Notes: generated by a model not told the origin, from the letters alone. A DNA stretch of 64,000 nt from an uncultured archaeon (GCA_964631415.1 CAZVZC010000001.1:119042-183041), one strand, 5' to 3'. Positions 1-10,443 are shown, numbered from the stretch's first letter. A program made the numbers and translations.

Positions 1-1
1 A

Positions 2-292
2 CAGAGTGCCGTGCACGAGATTGACACATACAGCCCGATTAGCAAGACCTATCGCATGTTGCGAATCATCATCATCTTCTCGCGAAAGATGGCCGAGGCA
101 GTCAAAATGGGTGCGCACGTTCGAAGGGTACTTGAGTTCAGCGTACTCGACAACATCGCCCGGATGAAGATTGCGCCTTGGGACACATACAGCAAGACCA
201 TGGATGCCATTGAGAGCAAGATGGAGCGAGAGTTTGATGCACTCTTCAAGGAGCTGACGGCATCCAGTGTGCCTTTGCCAACAGCACCTTGA
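2..292 (+). CDS. atpA: A/V-type ATP synthase subunit A, C-terminal fragment (gene starts before the window)
   Basis: Frame open from the window edge (QSAVHEIDTYSPISKTYRML...IARMK), matching the subunit A C-terminus; subunit B lies 1.3 kb downstream. Confidence 0.85.
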   Translation, partial: QSAVHEIDTYSPISKTYRMLRIIIIFSRKMAEAVKMGAHVRRVLEFSVLDNIARMKIAPWDTYSKTMDAIESKMEREFDALFKELTASSVPLPTAP

Positions 293-371
293 CAAGTCTT
301 GCGGTCGGATGGAACCATACTCTGGTCTGAGTGGCCCTTATCAGACGATATGGATGGCAGACAGATGAGAT

Positions 372-962
372 ATGACGCACCTAGATGAGATACTGGATCT
401 GCATCGAGAGATAGAACGATGCAGGCGATGCCCGCTTTGGAAGACTCGAAGGAATGCGGTCCCGGGCGAGGGTTCAGCAACAGCCAAAGTGATGTTCGTC
501 GGCGAGGCTCCAGGTGCTAGAGAAGACGAGTCTGGTAGGCCGTTTGTAGGACGGTCTGGGGACCTTCTCACAGAGTTGCTCGCAGAGATAGGTCTCTCAA
601 GGAGTGATGTCTTCATCACATCCATCCTGAAATCGCGTCCACCGAGGAACCGTCTCCCGACCAAGTCAGAGATTGATGCCTGTTACCCCTATCTCCAGAA
701 ACAGTTCGAATTAATCGCGCCTTCAGTGATAGTCCTTCTTGGCGGCGTGGCTGTGTCAGCGGTCATAGGTCCGTGGAAGATGTCTGACTGTCATGGCAGA
801 TTCTACGAGGGGGCCGGCAGGGTCTTTTTCATGACCTATCATCCTGCTGCAGCACTCAGATTTCCTAGGGCCAGGGAAGTGATGAGGGCAGACTTCGCGG
901 CCTTGAAGACGCACCTAGACCAAGTGGCAGTTATATCCACAAGCAAAGACTCTCAATCGTGA
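372..962 (+). CDS. udg: Family 4 uracil-DNA glycosylase (4Fe-4S)
   Basis: CxxCxL N-terminus, GEAPG, GRPFVG, RPPxNR and TYHPAA motifs. Confidence 0.93.
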   Translation: MTHLDEILDLHREIERCRRCPLWKTRRNAVPGEGSATAKVMFVGEAPGAREDESGRPFVGRSGDLLTELLAEIGLSRSDVFITSILKSRPPRNRLPTKSEIDACYPYLQKQFELIAPSVIVLLGGVAVSAVIGPWKMSDCHGRFYEGAGRVFFMTYHPAAALRFPRAREVMRADFAALKTHLDQVAVISTSKDSQS

Positions 963-1483
963 AACCCCTGGAAGTATTCCTAACGTCCGTTTCCATGATT
1001 CAAATCCCGCTTCAGTTTCAGCCCTTCCCATCATGGTGGTCTTCTGTGCTGGAAACGGTTCTGAATGCGGCATATGCTATTACCATCAGGGGATACCTGC
1101 TGATTGTCTTGATCGGGCTCATGCTCTATATGACCGGTCTGTGCGATGAACTTGGCAAGATACTCGTAGTCGGGGGTGTCGGTATCTACCTTGTCGGGCC
1201 TTATCTTGTTAGCCTCTTTGCGACTGTAGCTGGCATCGAACCCATCACGCTTGAGAGTGCCACTAGTGCGTGGCTGAGAGTCTTCGCAATGAGTGACAGT
1301 GAGCTAATCGCATTGATTGTGACCTTGGCTGAGGTTCTTGCAGCCATCTGTTGTCTGGCTGGAGCAATAATGTATTTCGTTCCGTCTTCAAACGAACTGA
1401 GGTCTAGGGGGCAGTCGTTGATCGTCAGGGCACTGATTCTTGCCCCGGTGTTAGTCTTCTTTCAAGTATCCCCTTGGATATAG
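959..1483 (+). CDS. Membrane protein with two tandem pilin-like (TrbC/VirB2-like) helical hairpins
   Basis: Four hydrophobic segments with an internal repeat; resembles 43246..43497. Confidence 0.6.
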   Translation: MKPLEVFLTSVSMIQIPLQFQPFPSWWSSVLETVLNAAYAITIRGYLLIVLIGLMLYMTGLCDELGKILVVGGVGIYLVGPYLVSLFATVAGIEPITLESATSAWLRVFAMSDSELIALIVTLAEVLAAICCLAGAIMYFVPSSNELRSRGQSLIVRALILAPVLVFFQVSPWI

Positions 1484-1556
1484 TACATTCACCTCGACAT
1501 AACTCTTAAATGAATGCCACCGCTCCGGCGGGACGTGGATTGACCGTGCACCTTGG

Positions 1557-2969
1557 GTGAGCACACCGATGGCAGACAGGTCCTCTATCGAGTATCGAAC
1601 GGTTTCTGACGTGAGTGGTCCCCTGCTCATTGTGCAGAACACACACAATGTAGGCTATAACGAAGTCGCGAGGATTCGATCCCCCTCAGGGGAGTTGCTG
1701 ACAGGGACTGTGCTTGAAACAGGTCACGGCAAGGCTATCATACAAGTCTTCGAGGGCACCAGCGGGTTGGACACCGACCTGACGTCCGTACGTTTCGTAG
1801 GAGAAACACTGAAACTGCCAGTGTCCACTGAGATTCTTGGACGCGTGTTGGATGGGTCGGGAAACCCACTGGACAAGGGTCCTCCCCTGACGGCAGAGGA
1901 TCACTGGGACATAAACGGCTCGCCAATCAACCCCTACGCCCGTCAATACCCACGACAGCCGATCCAGACAGGTCTTTCAGTAATCGATGGGCTCAATACA
2001 CTTGTCCGTGGTCAGAAGCTGCCGATCTTCTCAGGCTCTGGACTGCCTCACAACCGGATTGCTGCACAGATAGTCAGGCAAGCAAAGATCCCCGGTGAGG
2101 AGGGCCAGTTTGCTATAGTGTTTGCAGCGATGGGGATTACTGCAACTGAGGCCCAGTACTTCATGAACTCCTTTGAGGAAACAGGCGCACTCGAACACAC
2201 AACTCTGTTCTTGAACCTAGCTAATGACCCTGCAATCGAACGCATCATCACACCTAGGGCTGCATTGACAGCGGCCGAGTACTTGGCATATCAAGCGGAC
2301 ATGCACATTCTGGTGATACTGACTGACATGACGAATTACGCAGAGGCTCTACGTGAGATAAGCGCTGCAAGGTCTGAGGTTCCGGGCCGCCGCGGATACC
2401 CGGGGTACTTATACACGGACCTCAGCCTGATCTATGAGCGCGCGGGTCGTATCCACGGCAGAAAGGGAACTATTACACAAATGCCTATACTGTCAATGCC
2501 ACAGGACGACATGACACATCCTATTCCTGACCTGTCCGGATACATCACCGAAGGTCAGCTTCCACTGAGTAGAGGACTGCACAGGCGAGGAATCTACCCG
2601 CCGATAGACCCCGGCCCGTCACTGAGTCGTCTGATGAAGGAGGGTATCGGCGAGGGGATGACTCGTTTCGACCACAAAGAGATACAGGCACAGCTCTACT
2701 ACTGTTACTCTGAAGGCAGGGACTTGAGAGATCTCGTTGCCGTCGTCGGGTCAGAAGCCCTGACAGATCGTGACCAGAAGTACCTGAAGTTCGCTGACAG
2801 GTTCGAGCAGGAATTCATAAACCAAGGAGAGTCTGAAGATAGGTCGTTCGAGCAGACCTTGGACCTAGGGTGGACCCTGCTCTGCGAGTTTCCTGAGAGA
2901 GAACTGAAGAGATGCGACCCGCAAACCATCTCTTGGGCCAAGGAGAAAGGCGTCTACAAGCCTGCATGA
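1557..2969 (+). CDS. atpB: A/V-type ATP synthase subunit B
   Basis: [43 protein letters not shown]; start may be ATG 1569. Confidence 0.97.
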   Translation: MSTPMADRSSIEYRTVSDVSGPLLIVQNTHNVGYNEVARIRSPSGELLTGTVLETGHGKAIIQVFEGTSGLDTDLTSVRFVGETLKLPVSTEILGRVLDGSGNPLDKGPPLTAEDHWDINGSPINPYARQYPRQPIQTGLSVIDGLNTLVRGQKLPIFSGSGLPHNRIAAQIVRQAKIPGEEGQFAIVFAAMGITATEAQYFMNSFEETGALEHTTLFLNLANDPAIERIITPRAALTAAEYLAYQADMHILVILTDMTNYAEALREISAARSEVPGRRGYPGYLYTDLSLIYERAGRIHGRKGTITQMPILSMPQDDMTHPIPDLSGYITEGQLPLSRGLHRRGIYPPIDPGPSLSRLMKEGIGEGMTRFDHKEIQAQLYYCYSEGRDLRDLVAVVGSEALTDRDQKYLKFADRFEQEFINQGESEDRSFEQTLDLGWTLLCEFPERELKRCDPQTISWAKEKGVYKPA

Positions 2970-3015
2970 TCCTGTCAGATGAACATGACATGTCACACGA
3001 CTAGGTTGCGACGGT

Positions 3016-3354
3016 TCACTCAAGGCCAAAGCGCAAGTAGTGATCCTTTTCCTTCTTCGCCCCGAAGCTTCTGAGACCTTCTGCCCTCAGCTTCTTCTTG
3101 ATCTCTGATGCTTCCGACTCACTGATCTCTCTTCTCTTGACCATGAAGTCGATAATCTCAACTGCTTGGGACTCTGTGTCGCATCTCCGTATGTAGTCCA
3201 CCACATCAGGCATGAATGTTGGTTCAGCACCTGATTCACCGGACTTGTCAGAAACGGTACGGGCTTCTTCCACTTTGTAGACCTTGGTCTTTCCTTCTTC
3301 CAGTTCCTCGCTGAGTGCAGGGAAGTCTTCGCCAAGTTCTTTCTTTCTAGCCAT
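3016..3354 (-). CDS. DUF2095-like conserved archaeal protein
   Basis: PDVVDYIRRCDT...GLRSFG pattern. Confidence 0.75.
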   Translation of the reverse strand: MARKKELGEDFPALSEELEEGKTKVYKVEEARTVSDKSGESGAEPTFMPDVVDYIRRCDTESQAVEIIDFMVKRREISESEASEIKKKLRAEGLRSFGAKKEKDHYLRFGLE

Positions 3355-3459
3355 GGTCCACCACCAGACCCTACGAGATGCTACTGATCCTGGCGTGTCT
3401 GAGAGAACAGTCTGTGAAACGCCTTATGAACATTCGGCTGACGGCTCTCTGCGATTGTT

Positions 3460-5052
3460 TCACTGGTTCTTTATGAAGTTCCAAGGAAGATCCCCATCCA
3501 AGTGCTGTGCGTCACTGGCCATAGATAGGACCGGGACTCCAGTTTCGCTCTGTGCTCTCCTCCATCCGCCGTACCCTCCGTACCTTGCCGCCACTAGTAT
3601 TGCTTTTCCCAGTGATCTGTTGCCGATGGACAGGGCCGCCTGAATGCGTGCGCTTCTGGGATCGAGTGTTTCAAACTCGACACGCTTGGCGCCGCGTAGC
3701 CCCCTCTCAACTATTCTGATTTTGGCACGTATGCTTTCAATTGACGGCTGTGCTTCACGCTCCCAATCTGTGTGTGCCTTCGGTATGAATGGGTTCAAGC
3801 TAACCGTGACTCTCATACCGCTCATCTTGACTAGGCGTTCTACCATCGTCGGGATGGTTCTCACGTCATCGTCAGTTTCACCGGGCAGTCCTATCATGAA
3901 GTAGAGTTTCAGGGCTCCAAAGCCGGCTTTGGCTGCCAGCTGCACCGTGTTCTCAATATCTTCGTCAGACAGCGTCTTCCCTGCTGATTTCCTCAGCTGC
4001 TGCGACCCTGTTTCAGGAGCGATTGTGAATGTCTTCTGTCCTCCTCTCACCAAGATGGATAGCAGTTCTCCACTGACTGAGTCTGCTCTTAGGGAGGGCA
4101 CCGACAGCCCAAGGCCACGGTCCACTATCCATGAGGCCAAGTCCCCCAAGCCGTCGATATCTCCCAGCGAGGAAGCAATGAGTGCAACCTTGTGCACTGG
4201 CGTTTCCTCGATTCCCTTTGTAATGATTTCCTTCAGACGCCCAAGTGATCTTGCTCTCTTGGGTCGGCAGATGTGACCAACTAGACAGAACTTGCAGGAA
4301 TATCCGCATCCTCTTGTTGTTTCGACAAGCAAAGACCTGCCGAACACGGGCTCTAGACTAGAACCTTCCGGAACATCTGGGAGGATTTGAGCGGTTGGGT
4401 GAGGCAGAGAATCCAATTGGCTGAATCTGAGCCTGCGCACTTCGGACTGTCCGGCCGCAGGCACGTACACTCCCTCGATTCCGGCCAGTTCTTTGACAAT
4501 CTCAGAACGCGACGCCAGCGAGGCCGCCGCATCCACAATCTGGCTGATGACAAGATCCCCCTCACCAATCACGAACGCATCCACAAAGTCTGCATAAGGT
4601 TCTGGATTGGCACTAGGTACGGGTCCTCCCACGAGCACAATGGGGTCCGTTTCTGAACGTTGCGCTGCCATAACTGGTATGTTTCCACGGTCAAGCATCT
4701 GAAGGAGATTGAGAATGTCCTCTTCATAGGTAAGTGAGAAGCCCACGATATGATTCTCCTTCAATGGCCTTCCGCTTTCGACGGAGTGGCAGGGAGATGC
4801 GACATCGTACCTGAAGTATCTCTCACACGAAGTGTCTTCTCTGTCGTTCAATATGGAGTAGAAAAGATGTGTTGCGAGACCTGTCATTCCTGCTCGATAG
4901 GTGGACGGATAGGCATACCCAAAGAGCACGTCTACATTTCTCGTGTCCTTGAGAATCGAGTTGAACTCTTTTACACCAGTGGTGGGCAAGGCACAGTCCT
5001 CAGTCGTCTGTTTCGAGGCTAACAACTTTCTTCGGCTCATCGGACAGGACAA
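3460..5052 (-). CDS. B12-binding-like domain radical SAM protein
   Basis: TRGCGYSCKFC (CxxxCxxC), GEGD, TIAPETGS, YFMIGLPGET, PFIPKAHT; start may be ATG 5040. Confidence 0.88.
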   Translation of the reverse strand: MSCPMSRRKLLASKQTTEDCALPTTGVKEFNSILKDTRNVDVLFGYAYPSTYRAGMTGLATHLFYSILNDREDTSCERYFRYDVASPCHSVESGRPLKENHIVGFSLTYEEDILNLLQMLDRGNIPVMAAQRSETDPIVLVGGPVPSANPEPYADFVDAFVIGEGDLVISQIVDAAASLASRSEIVKELAGIEGVYVPAAGQSEVRRLRFSQLDSLPHPTAQILPDVPEGSSLEPVFGRSLLVETTRGCGYSCKFCLVGHICRPKRARSLGRLKEIITKGIEETPVHKVALIASSLGDIDGLGDLASWIVDRGLGLSVPSLRADSVSGELLSILVRGGQKTFTIAPETGSQQLRKSAGKTLSDEDIENTVQLAAKAGFGALKLYFMIGLPGETDDDVRTIPTMVERLVKMSGMRVTVSLNPFIPKAHTDWEREAQPSIESIRAKIRIVERGLRGAKRVEFETLDPRSARIQAALSIGNRSLGKAILVAARYGGYGGWRRAQSETGVPVLSMASDAQHLDGDLPWNFIKNQ

Positions 5053-6286
5053 GCCTCCCTGCCGGGATATCCCTGTCTACAATGACGCCAATACCTGTAC
5101 GTGCACCTTGGTGAACCACTACCCCCGGACTGAGTAGAGTGCCAATGCCAGTCTTCACGTTGTCCCCAATGATGGCCCCCATTTTGCGGCGGCCTGAGTT
5201 CACTCTTTCACCCTTGACAGTCACGTGCACTGGCTGATCATCATGACGTAGATTCGCAGTGATAGTCCCTGCGCCGAAGTTCGACTTACGCCCTATGACT
5301 GAGTCGCCGACATAGGATAGGTGTCCAATATGTGTGTCCTCCATTATGATGCTGTTCTTTATCTCGACCGCATTTCCAACTTTTACACCTCGACTGAGTG
5401 AAGTGCTCGGGCGAATGTAGCAGTTGGGTCCTACAACACAGTCCTCTCCTATACAGGCTGGTCCCTCGATGTATGCACCACTCTTGATGACAGCCCCTCT
5501 CTCCACGATGACATTTCCCTTGACGGTCGCACCATCCTCGACCTCGCCGTCAATCCTTCGTACGGCATCCGCTAAGACGAGTTCATTTGCTCTCAGGAGA
5601 TCCCAAGGCTTTCCTATGTCGAGCCACCAGGAAGGCAGCAAATAGACTCCGACCATTCTCTGTTTTATCAGCATCATGATCGAGTCGGTTATCTCATATT
5701 CGCCGCGCGAAGACAGTCCAGTCTTGTCAATTGCGTGCCACATCTCAGGGCCAGTCGCATAGACTCCAGCATTGACGAGCTTGCTTGTTAGCTGGTCAGC
5801 TTTTGGCTTCTCTATCAACCCCACGGCCCTGTCATCTTGAGCCATGACTATTCCATAAGGAGTGGGGTCTTCGACTGGGGTGACGGAAAGAATCGTCTTG
5901 AATCTGGCATTTTCATAGAGGCTGATTAGACCTGGAATGGTGTTTGGCCCTACCATCACGTCACCATACATCAGGATTAGTGGGTCCTGTTTGGCGAACT
6001 CGCGGGCGTGCGCTGCCGCGTGGGCAGTACCCTTTCTTTCCTTTTGGAGCACGTAAGAAACCTTCATCGGGTCCCAGTTCTGTGAGTCTATGGCCTCGCG
6101 AAGTTCTTCGCCATGGTAGCCGTAGACGACCAGTGTGTCTTGTATTCCTGCGTCCTTCAGGGCTCTAAGAGTATGGAAAATCAACGGCTGCCCCGCTACG
6201 GGCAAGAGGTGTTTGGGCAAGTTCGCAGACAGCGGCTGCATTCTTGTGGAGTCGCCTGCTGCCAGTAGGGCTGCCTTCGCTATCAT
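5000..6286 (-). CDS. glmU: Bifunctional sugar-1-phosphate nucleotidylyltransferase/acetyltransferase (archaeal GlmU)
   Basis: LAAGxxTRMxPL, EKP, GEYEITD, hexapeptide left-handed beta-helix, HLSYVGDS; start trimmed to ATG 6286. Confidence 0.9.
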   Translation of the reverse strand: MIAKAALLAAGDSTRMQPLSANLPKHLLPVAGQPLIFHTLRALKDAGIQDTLVVYGYHGEELREAIDSQNWDPMKVSYVLQKERKGTAHAAAHAREFAKQDPLILMYGDVMVGPNTIPGLISLYENARFKTILSVTPVEDPTPYGIVMAQDDRAVGLIEKPKADQLTSKLVNAGVYATGPEMWHAIDKTGLSSRGEYEITDSIMMLIKQRMVGVYLLPSWWLDIGKPWDLLRANELVLADAVRRIDGEVEDGATVKGNVIVERGAVIKSGAYIEGPACIGEDCVVGPNCYIRPSTSLSRGVKVGNAVEIKNSIIMEDTHIGHLSYVGDSVIGRKSNFGAGTITANLRHDDQPVHVTVKGERVNSGRRKMGAIIGDNVKTGIGTLLSPGVVVHQGARTGIGVIVDRDIPAGRLVLSDEPKKVVSLETDD

Positions 6287-6522
6287 ATGTCGCTGCTGAA
6301 GTGCGAGGGGTGATAAAGAGTTCGCCATTTGGGACTACAGCGGGCCCAACGTCAAGGGATATGGTTTTAACTGGGTCACTGGGACTTATTTCACAGTATA
6401 CGCGCTGGCAATGGGAGAATATCGCGGGCTGCGACCGCGACATTAGTCCTCAGACGGCGATAAGTTAATAAACATTAACGTTAGTTAAGTACTCAATGTG
6501 GAACTGAATCTAGAGCACAATA

Positions 6523-6804
6523 ATGGGTTCCGGATTCACAGCGAGGAGAATGATTGCAATGATGACTGATTCGGAACTGGCCGAAGAACTCAAGGAAATG
6601 AAGCTGACAAAGAGTCAAATGATAGTGTTAGGCATCCTCAGAAAGAGCGGTCGGGATGGAGTTACGCCCAAGCAGCTCTTGGACAAGGTTTCATTTGCTC
6701 CAAGGACTGTGAGGTACGCACTCAGGAAACTACTGAAAAAGAACCTGATCAGACGAGTGCCTTGTCTGCAAGACATGCGTCAGTACATTTACACGCCAGC
6801 ATAG
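6523..6804 (+). CDS. Small basic winged helix-turn-helix protein
   Basis: LTKSQMIVL...APRTVRYALRKL...D.RQYIY wHTH pattern. Confidence 0.8.
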   Translation: MGSGFTARRMIAMMTDSELAEELKEMKLTKSQMIVLGILRKSGRDGVTPKQLLDKVSFAPRTVRYALRKLLKKNLIRRVPCLQDMRQYIYTPA

Positions 6805-6974
6805 TGTTACCAACAGACCCGTGTTTGTCCAGAGTGACTATCACCTGAGTTGGCGGGACTGAGAATGATGCGATCCAAAACATCTTGTTGTCAAACCATG
6901 CTTTGGCTTCAGGGCTGTTATGGACGCTGCAACTAGTCTTAGCAGAACGGCAAGCTGAGTGGAGCGAGAACAAG

Positions 6975-7628
6975 ATGAAGAGCCTAAAGGTCGTGACCGG
7001 CGAGAAAGCGGCTGCAGCAATACATGCGCTGAATGATGAATGCCGAAGGCGTATTCTCGATGCACTCAGGTCGAGAGAGATGCCCACACCAGAGATAGCT
7101 GAGCTACTCTCTGATCAGGGGCATGATCAAGTGAAGCCCCAGACGGTCCGATATCACTTGAAAGAGCTGGAACGCGCCGGACTGATAGAGCAGACAAGAT
7201 GTATGCCTGCTGGTGACGACGACACACACATAATGAAGAAGGTCTGGAGAGCAACAGCCGAGAGCATATTCATAGCCGCCGGGAAAGGAGCTGGGCCCCA
7301 GCAAGAAGGCACGAAAGACCTTGACATACCCGCCGTGATGCGCAAACTGGGATTCGAGCCTCCTAGCGAAGACTTTGTGAAGGAAACCACGACGAGGTAC
7401 CTAGAATGGGACTCACTCTGGCGAAGGGGAAAGGAACTCGCAGAGCAGAGTCTCAGTACAATCCCTGAACTCAGTCCGGCTGAGTACTTGGTGCTCAGGA
7501 GACTTCTGAGCGTTGTACAGCTTCACAACGTGGATTATGCTCGCTACTGGGAAGTCAGCAAGGAAGTGGCTGACATGTTCAGGAAGGCTTACCTAGAGGG
7601 AATCGGGAAGAACCCGGATGTCTACTAG
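6975..7628 (+). CDS. ArsR-family wHTH transcriptional regulator
   Basis: ALNDECRRRILDAL...QTVRYHLKELERAGLI; start trimmed to ATG 6975. Confidence 0.8.
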   Translation: MKSLKVVTGEKAAAAIHALNDECRRRILDALRSREMPTPEIAELLSDQGHDQVKPQTVRYHLKELERAGLIEQTRCMPAGDDDTHIMKKVWRATAESIFIAAGKGAGPQQEGTKDLDIPAVMRKLGFEPPSEDFVKETTTRYLEWDSLWRRGKELAEQSLSTIPELSPAEYLVLRRLLSVVQLHNVDYARYWEVSKEVADMFRKAYLEGIGKNPDVY

Positions 7629-7633
7629 AGCCT

Positions 7634-9955
7634 CTAATCGGTCGTCTTCTCTTCTCGGTATGCTGGATACTCTAGCTCCAGCAGATGCCTTATTCTGCCG
7701 GCCGTCTTTGGTCCCACTCCCTTGACTCTCATCAGCTCGGTTTCATCTGCTGAGAACACCCTCTCCAAGGTGCCGAATTCTGCCAGAATTGCCCTTGATA
7801 TCACAGTGTCAATGCCTGGAAACCCCGAGAGAATGTACTCAAGGGTTTCAGCATCAGTCCCCTTGGTTTCTGGCGATCGAGTACGCAAAATCCTCTTGGA
7901 CTCCACCTGTTCAAGGTATGCAATTCGGTAAAGCAGGTTTGCTGTTTCCTCTGCATTTCTGGTCCAGAGGGTTGGAATCCTAAGCCGTGTCGCTATGGAT
8001 GCAAGAGCACCATATATCGACGCAGGATTCACTGCCCTTAGACCTGTCAGCTGCTCCCCCTCAATAATCAGCACAGGCCTGCGGTAGGTCGAACGCAACG
8101 CACTCAACTGTACGAACAGTCTGCCATCGATTAACGATTGGATGAAGTCGCCAGACTCTTTTCGTTCGATTGCAACCTCCTCAGAGGCAATGTAGTCGCC
8201 GACCTCAAGGCTCTCGCCTGATATCGCGACATCGAGTCTTGCCAGTTCGCGGGCGACGGCAGTGGGGAGTTCCCTTGAGTCAACAATCAGTCGTATGCCA
8301 CCCCTTGGTACAGCGGTTTCTCTTCCTGCATCCCCTGCTGTTTTCAATGTGTGTCCTAGTTCTCCACCGAAGTCCTCTAGGCGCATCTGTTTCTTCTCTG
8401 GCTCCTTTTCTGCTTCTTTGAGGGCTGATGGCATCTTCTTCAATTTGCTGATCACACTCCAATGGTAGTACTCGTCATGTGTGGCTCTGGCCACAAATAT
8501 GACGACGCGGCCAGGTGATCTTCTGCCTGTTCGGCCGCGGCGCTGAATGTATGGGACCACAGATGGAACACAATCGTAGAAAATCACAAGGTTGCACTCA
8601 GGGATATCAAGCCCTTCTTCCCCGACCTGTGTAGCAACCAGTACGTTGAACTCATTGTTACGGAAACCATCCAAGACTTCGATCTGCTTTTTCTGACTGA
8701 AACCCCTGTCAGTCCCTTTCGACGCCTGCCCAACAAAGCGACTGACTCTGACGCCATCGAGTTGCTCAAGTACTTCAACGACTTCAGCAGCCGTATCGCG
8801 AAAACGCGTGAACACCAATACACGCGAGTCGAGGTTCGTCGAAAGCTGTTCGCTTATGATCTCGAGCAATGCGTCAGCCTTTGGATGTCGGTAGCCCTTC
8901 GCAATAAGTGCTTGCAGCAGGTTCTCGAACTGAATGAACTCCGATCTAGAGATCAGGTCCTTGACACCTTTGGAACTCTTCTTGTTACGAGCCTCTTCGT
9001 ACATACCTTGAATGTATCTCAGAGTGGGTGCCAGACCCTGTGTACCGACAAACTCAATCAGGTGAACCACTCTTAGGGCCGCTGTCAGATCGCGCACCAG
9101 CAGGTATAGATGGGGCGGCGGCTTGGTGAACGACCCTATCTCCTTCCTGACCTCACTCTGGACGCGAAGTATCTCCTTCCGGCTCAGTCGTCTACTATCT
9201 GGCAGAGAGTACCCATAGTTGAGCACACGGGAGGTGTAGTCATTCAATAACGCCTGCAGTATGTCTCTAAGTGCTTGGATTTCTGAAGGCAGACTGACAT
9301 AGCGAATGTCTGTCGATATAGCAACCACGTAGTCACGCACGTCAGGACTGCTCTCAGTCCTTACTTCGACTCGTTTGAGTCTCAGGTTTTCACACACTCT
9401 TCTAATGTGCTCAGAGTCGTGGCCTGGAGAAGCAGTGAGACCCATAGACAGCTGTCTCAATCCCTGCTTCTCATACAGCTCTGCAACGAAGGTGTATGCG
9501 TAGTTACCCACGCCACGATGTGCCTCATCATATACCACCAATGAAACATCATTGAGACCATAGCTCCGCTGAACCAAGTCGTTCTGGAGTGCCTGTGGTG
9601 TCATGACGATTACGCGGGCCGCTGACCAGACAAGCCGTCTATGTTCTGGGGGATCGTTACCTGTCAGGCAAATCACCTGACTCTCGTCAATATCGAGTGC
9701 CTGTTTCAGAAAGCGTGCCTGTTGATCTGCAAGAGGACGTGATGGCGCAAGGAAGAGTATCTTCGAGTCGGGGTAATCAACCAACCGTCTGGCGGCTGTG
9801 AGGGCGGCAATCACAGTCTTTCCCAGACCTGTACTCAGCACAATCATAGTGCTCTCTTTGGCAGCGGCCTCTGAGAGATTCGCCTGATATTGCCTGTATT
9901 CTATTGTGTCCTTCCTGATAAGCGGCATCTCAACGAAGGAAGGTGCTGCTGCCAT
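7634..9955 (-). CDS. hef: Hef (FANCM/XPF-like) DEAH helicase-ERCC4 nuclease
   Basis: TGLGKT, DEAH, TAS, QRRGRTGR, then GDY...ERK nuclease motif and tandem HhH; start trimmed to ATG 9955. Confidence 0.95.
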   Translation of the reverse strand: MAAAPSFVEMPLIRKDTIEYRQYQANLSEAAAKESTMIVLSTGLGKTVIAALTAARRLVDYPDSKILFLAPSRPLADQQARFLKQALDIDESQVICLTGNDPPEHRRLVWSAARVIVMTPQALQNDLVQRSYGLNDVSLVVYDEAHRGVGNYAYTFVAELYEKQGLRQLSMGLTASPGHDSEHIRRVCENLRLKRVEVRTESSPDVRDYVVAISTDIRYVSLPSEIQALRDILQALLNDYTSRVLNYGYSLPDSRRLSRKEILRVQSEVRKEIGSFTKPPPHLYLLVRDLTAALRVVHLIEFVGTQGLAPTLRYIQGMYEEARNKKSSKGVKDLISRSEFIQFENLLQALIAKGYRHPKADALLEIISEQLSTNLDSRVLVFTRFRDTAAEVVEVLEQLDGVRVSRFVGQASKGTDRGFSQKKQIEVLDGFRNNEFNVLVATQVGEEGLDIPECNLVIFYDCVPSVVPYIQRRGRTGRRSPGRVVIFVARATHDEYYHWSVISKLKKMPSALKEAEKEPEKKQMRLEDFGGELGHTLKTAGDAGRETAVPRGGIRLIVDSRELPTAVARELARLDVAISGESLEVGDYIASEEVAIERKESGDFIQSLIDGRLFVQLSALRSTYRRPVLIIEGEQLTGLRAVNPASIYGALASIATRLRIPTLWTRNAEETANLLYRIAYLEQVESKRILRTRSPETKGTDAETLEYILSGFPGIDTVISRAILAEFGTLERVFSADETELMRVKGVGPKTAGRIRHLLELEYPAYREEKTTD

Positions 9956-10054
9956 TCCTCTTCTCGTCCGTTTTGACGTCTTGTCAACACACTTTGATAA
10001 TACACACTGTAAAAAGCCTCCTACTTGGAATGAAGCGTAAGGAGTCAGAACCGG

Positions 10055-10390
10055 ATGACTGCGAAAGAGCCGTTGACGAGTGTCGAGGCAGAACTGTATG
10101 AACTCAGCATGCCTGGCCGCCTTCTGGGGAAAGAGGTGCTCGACAACCGAGCGAGGCGAATTGGCATAGTGCGTAGCATAAGAATCGGGCTCAACCCCAC
10201 CCGTTCCGAGCTGATAATCAAAGGTGCAGAGGTGGAGTTTCCGGTTGATTTCTCCAAGGTTGAAACTGTTGGCACTGTGGTGCAACTGAACTCCATGGTC
10301 AAGGATGCCGAAGAGATCGAAGTTCATGATGTGATCAGGCTTCAGAAGGAAGTACTAGACGACATACGCAGTTACTTGGGTGGACACTAG
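10055..10390 (+). CDS. Single PRC-barrel domain protein
   Basis: LLGKEVLD...IGIVRSIRI...FSKVETVGTVVQL PRC pattern. Confidence 0.75.
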   Translation: MTAKEPLTSVEAELYELSMPGRLLGKEVLDNRARRIGIVRSIRIGLNPTRSELIIKGAEVEFPVDFSKVETVGTVVQLNSMVKDAEEIEVHDVIRLQKEVLDDIRSYLGGH

Positions 10391-10443
10391 ACACTGTCGA
10401 TAGGTCCCTTCGAAGACGTTAAGAGCATCAGTCGACGGACCCT

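Noticed and set aside
9956-10327. 124-aa N-terminal extension of Hef in the ORF track
   Set aside because: It overlaps the opposite-strand PRC-barrel gene, and Hef similarity begins only after ATG 9955.
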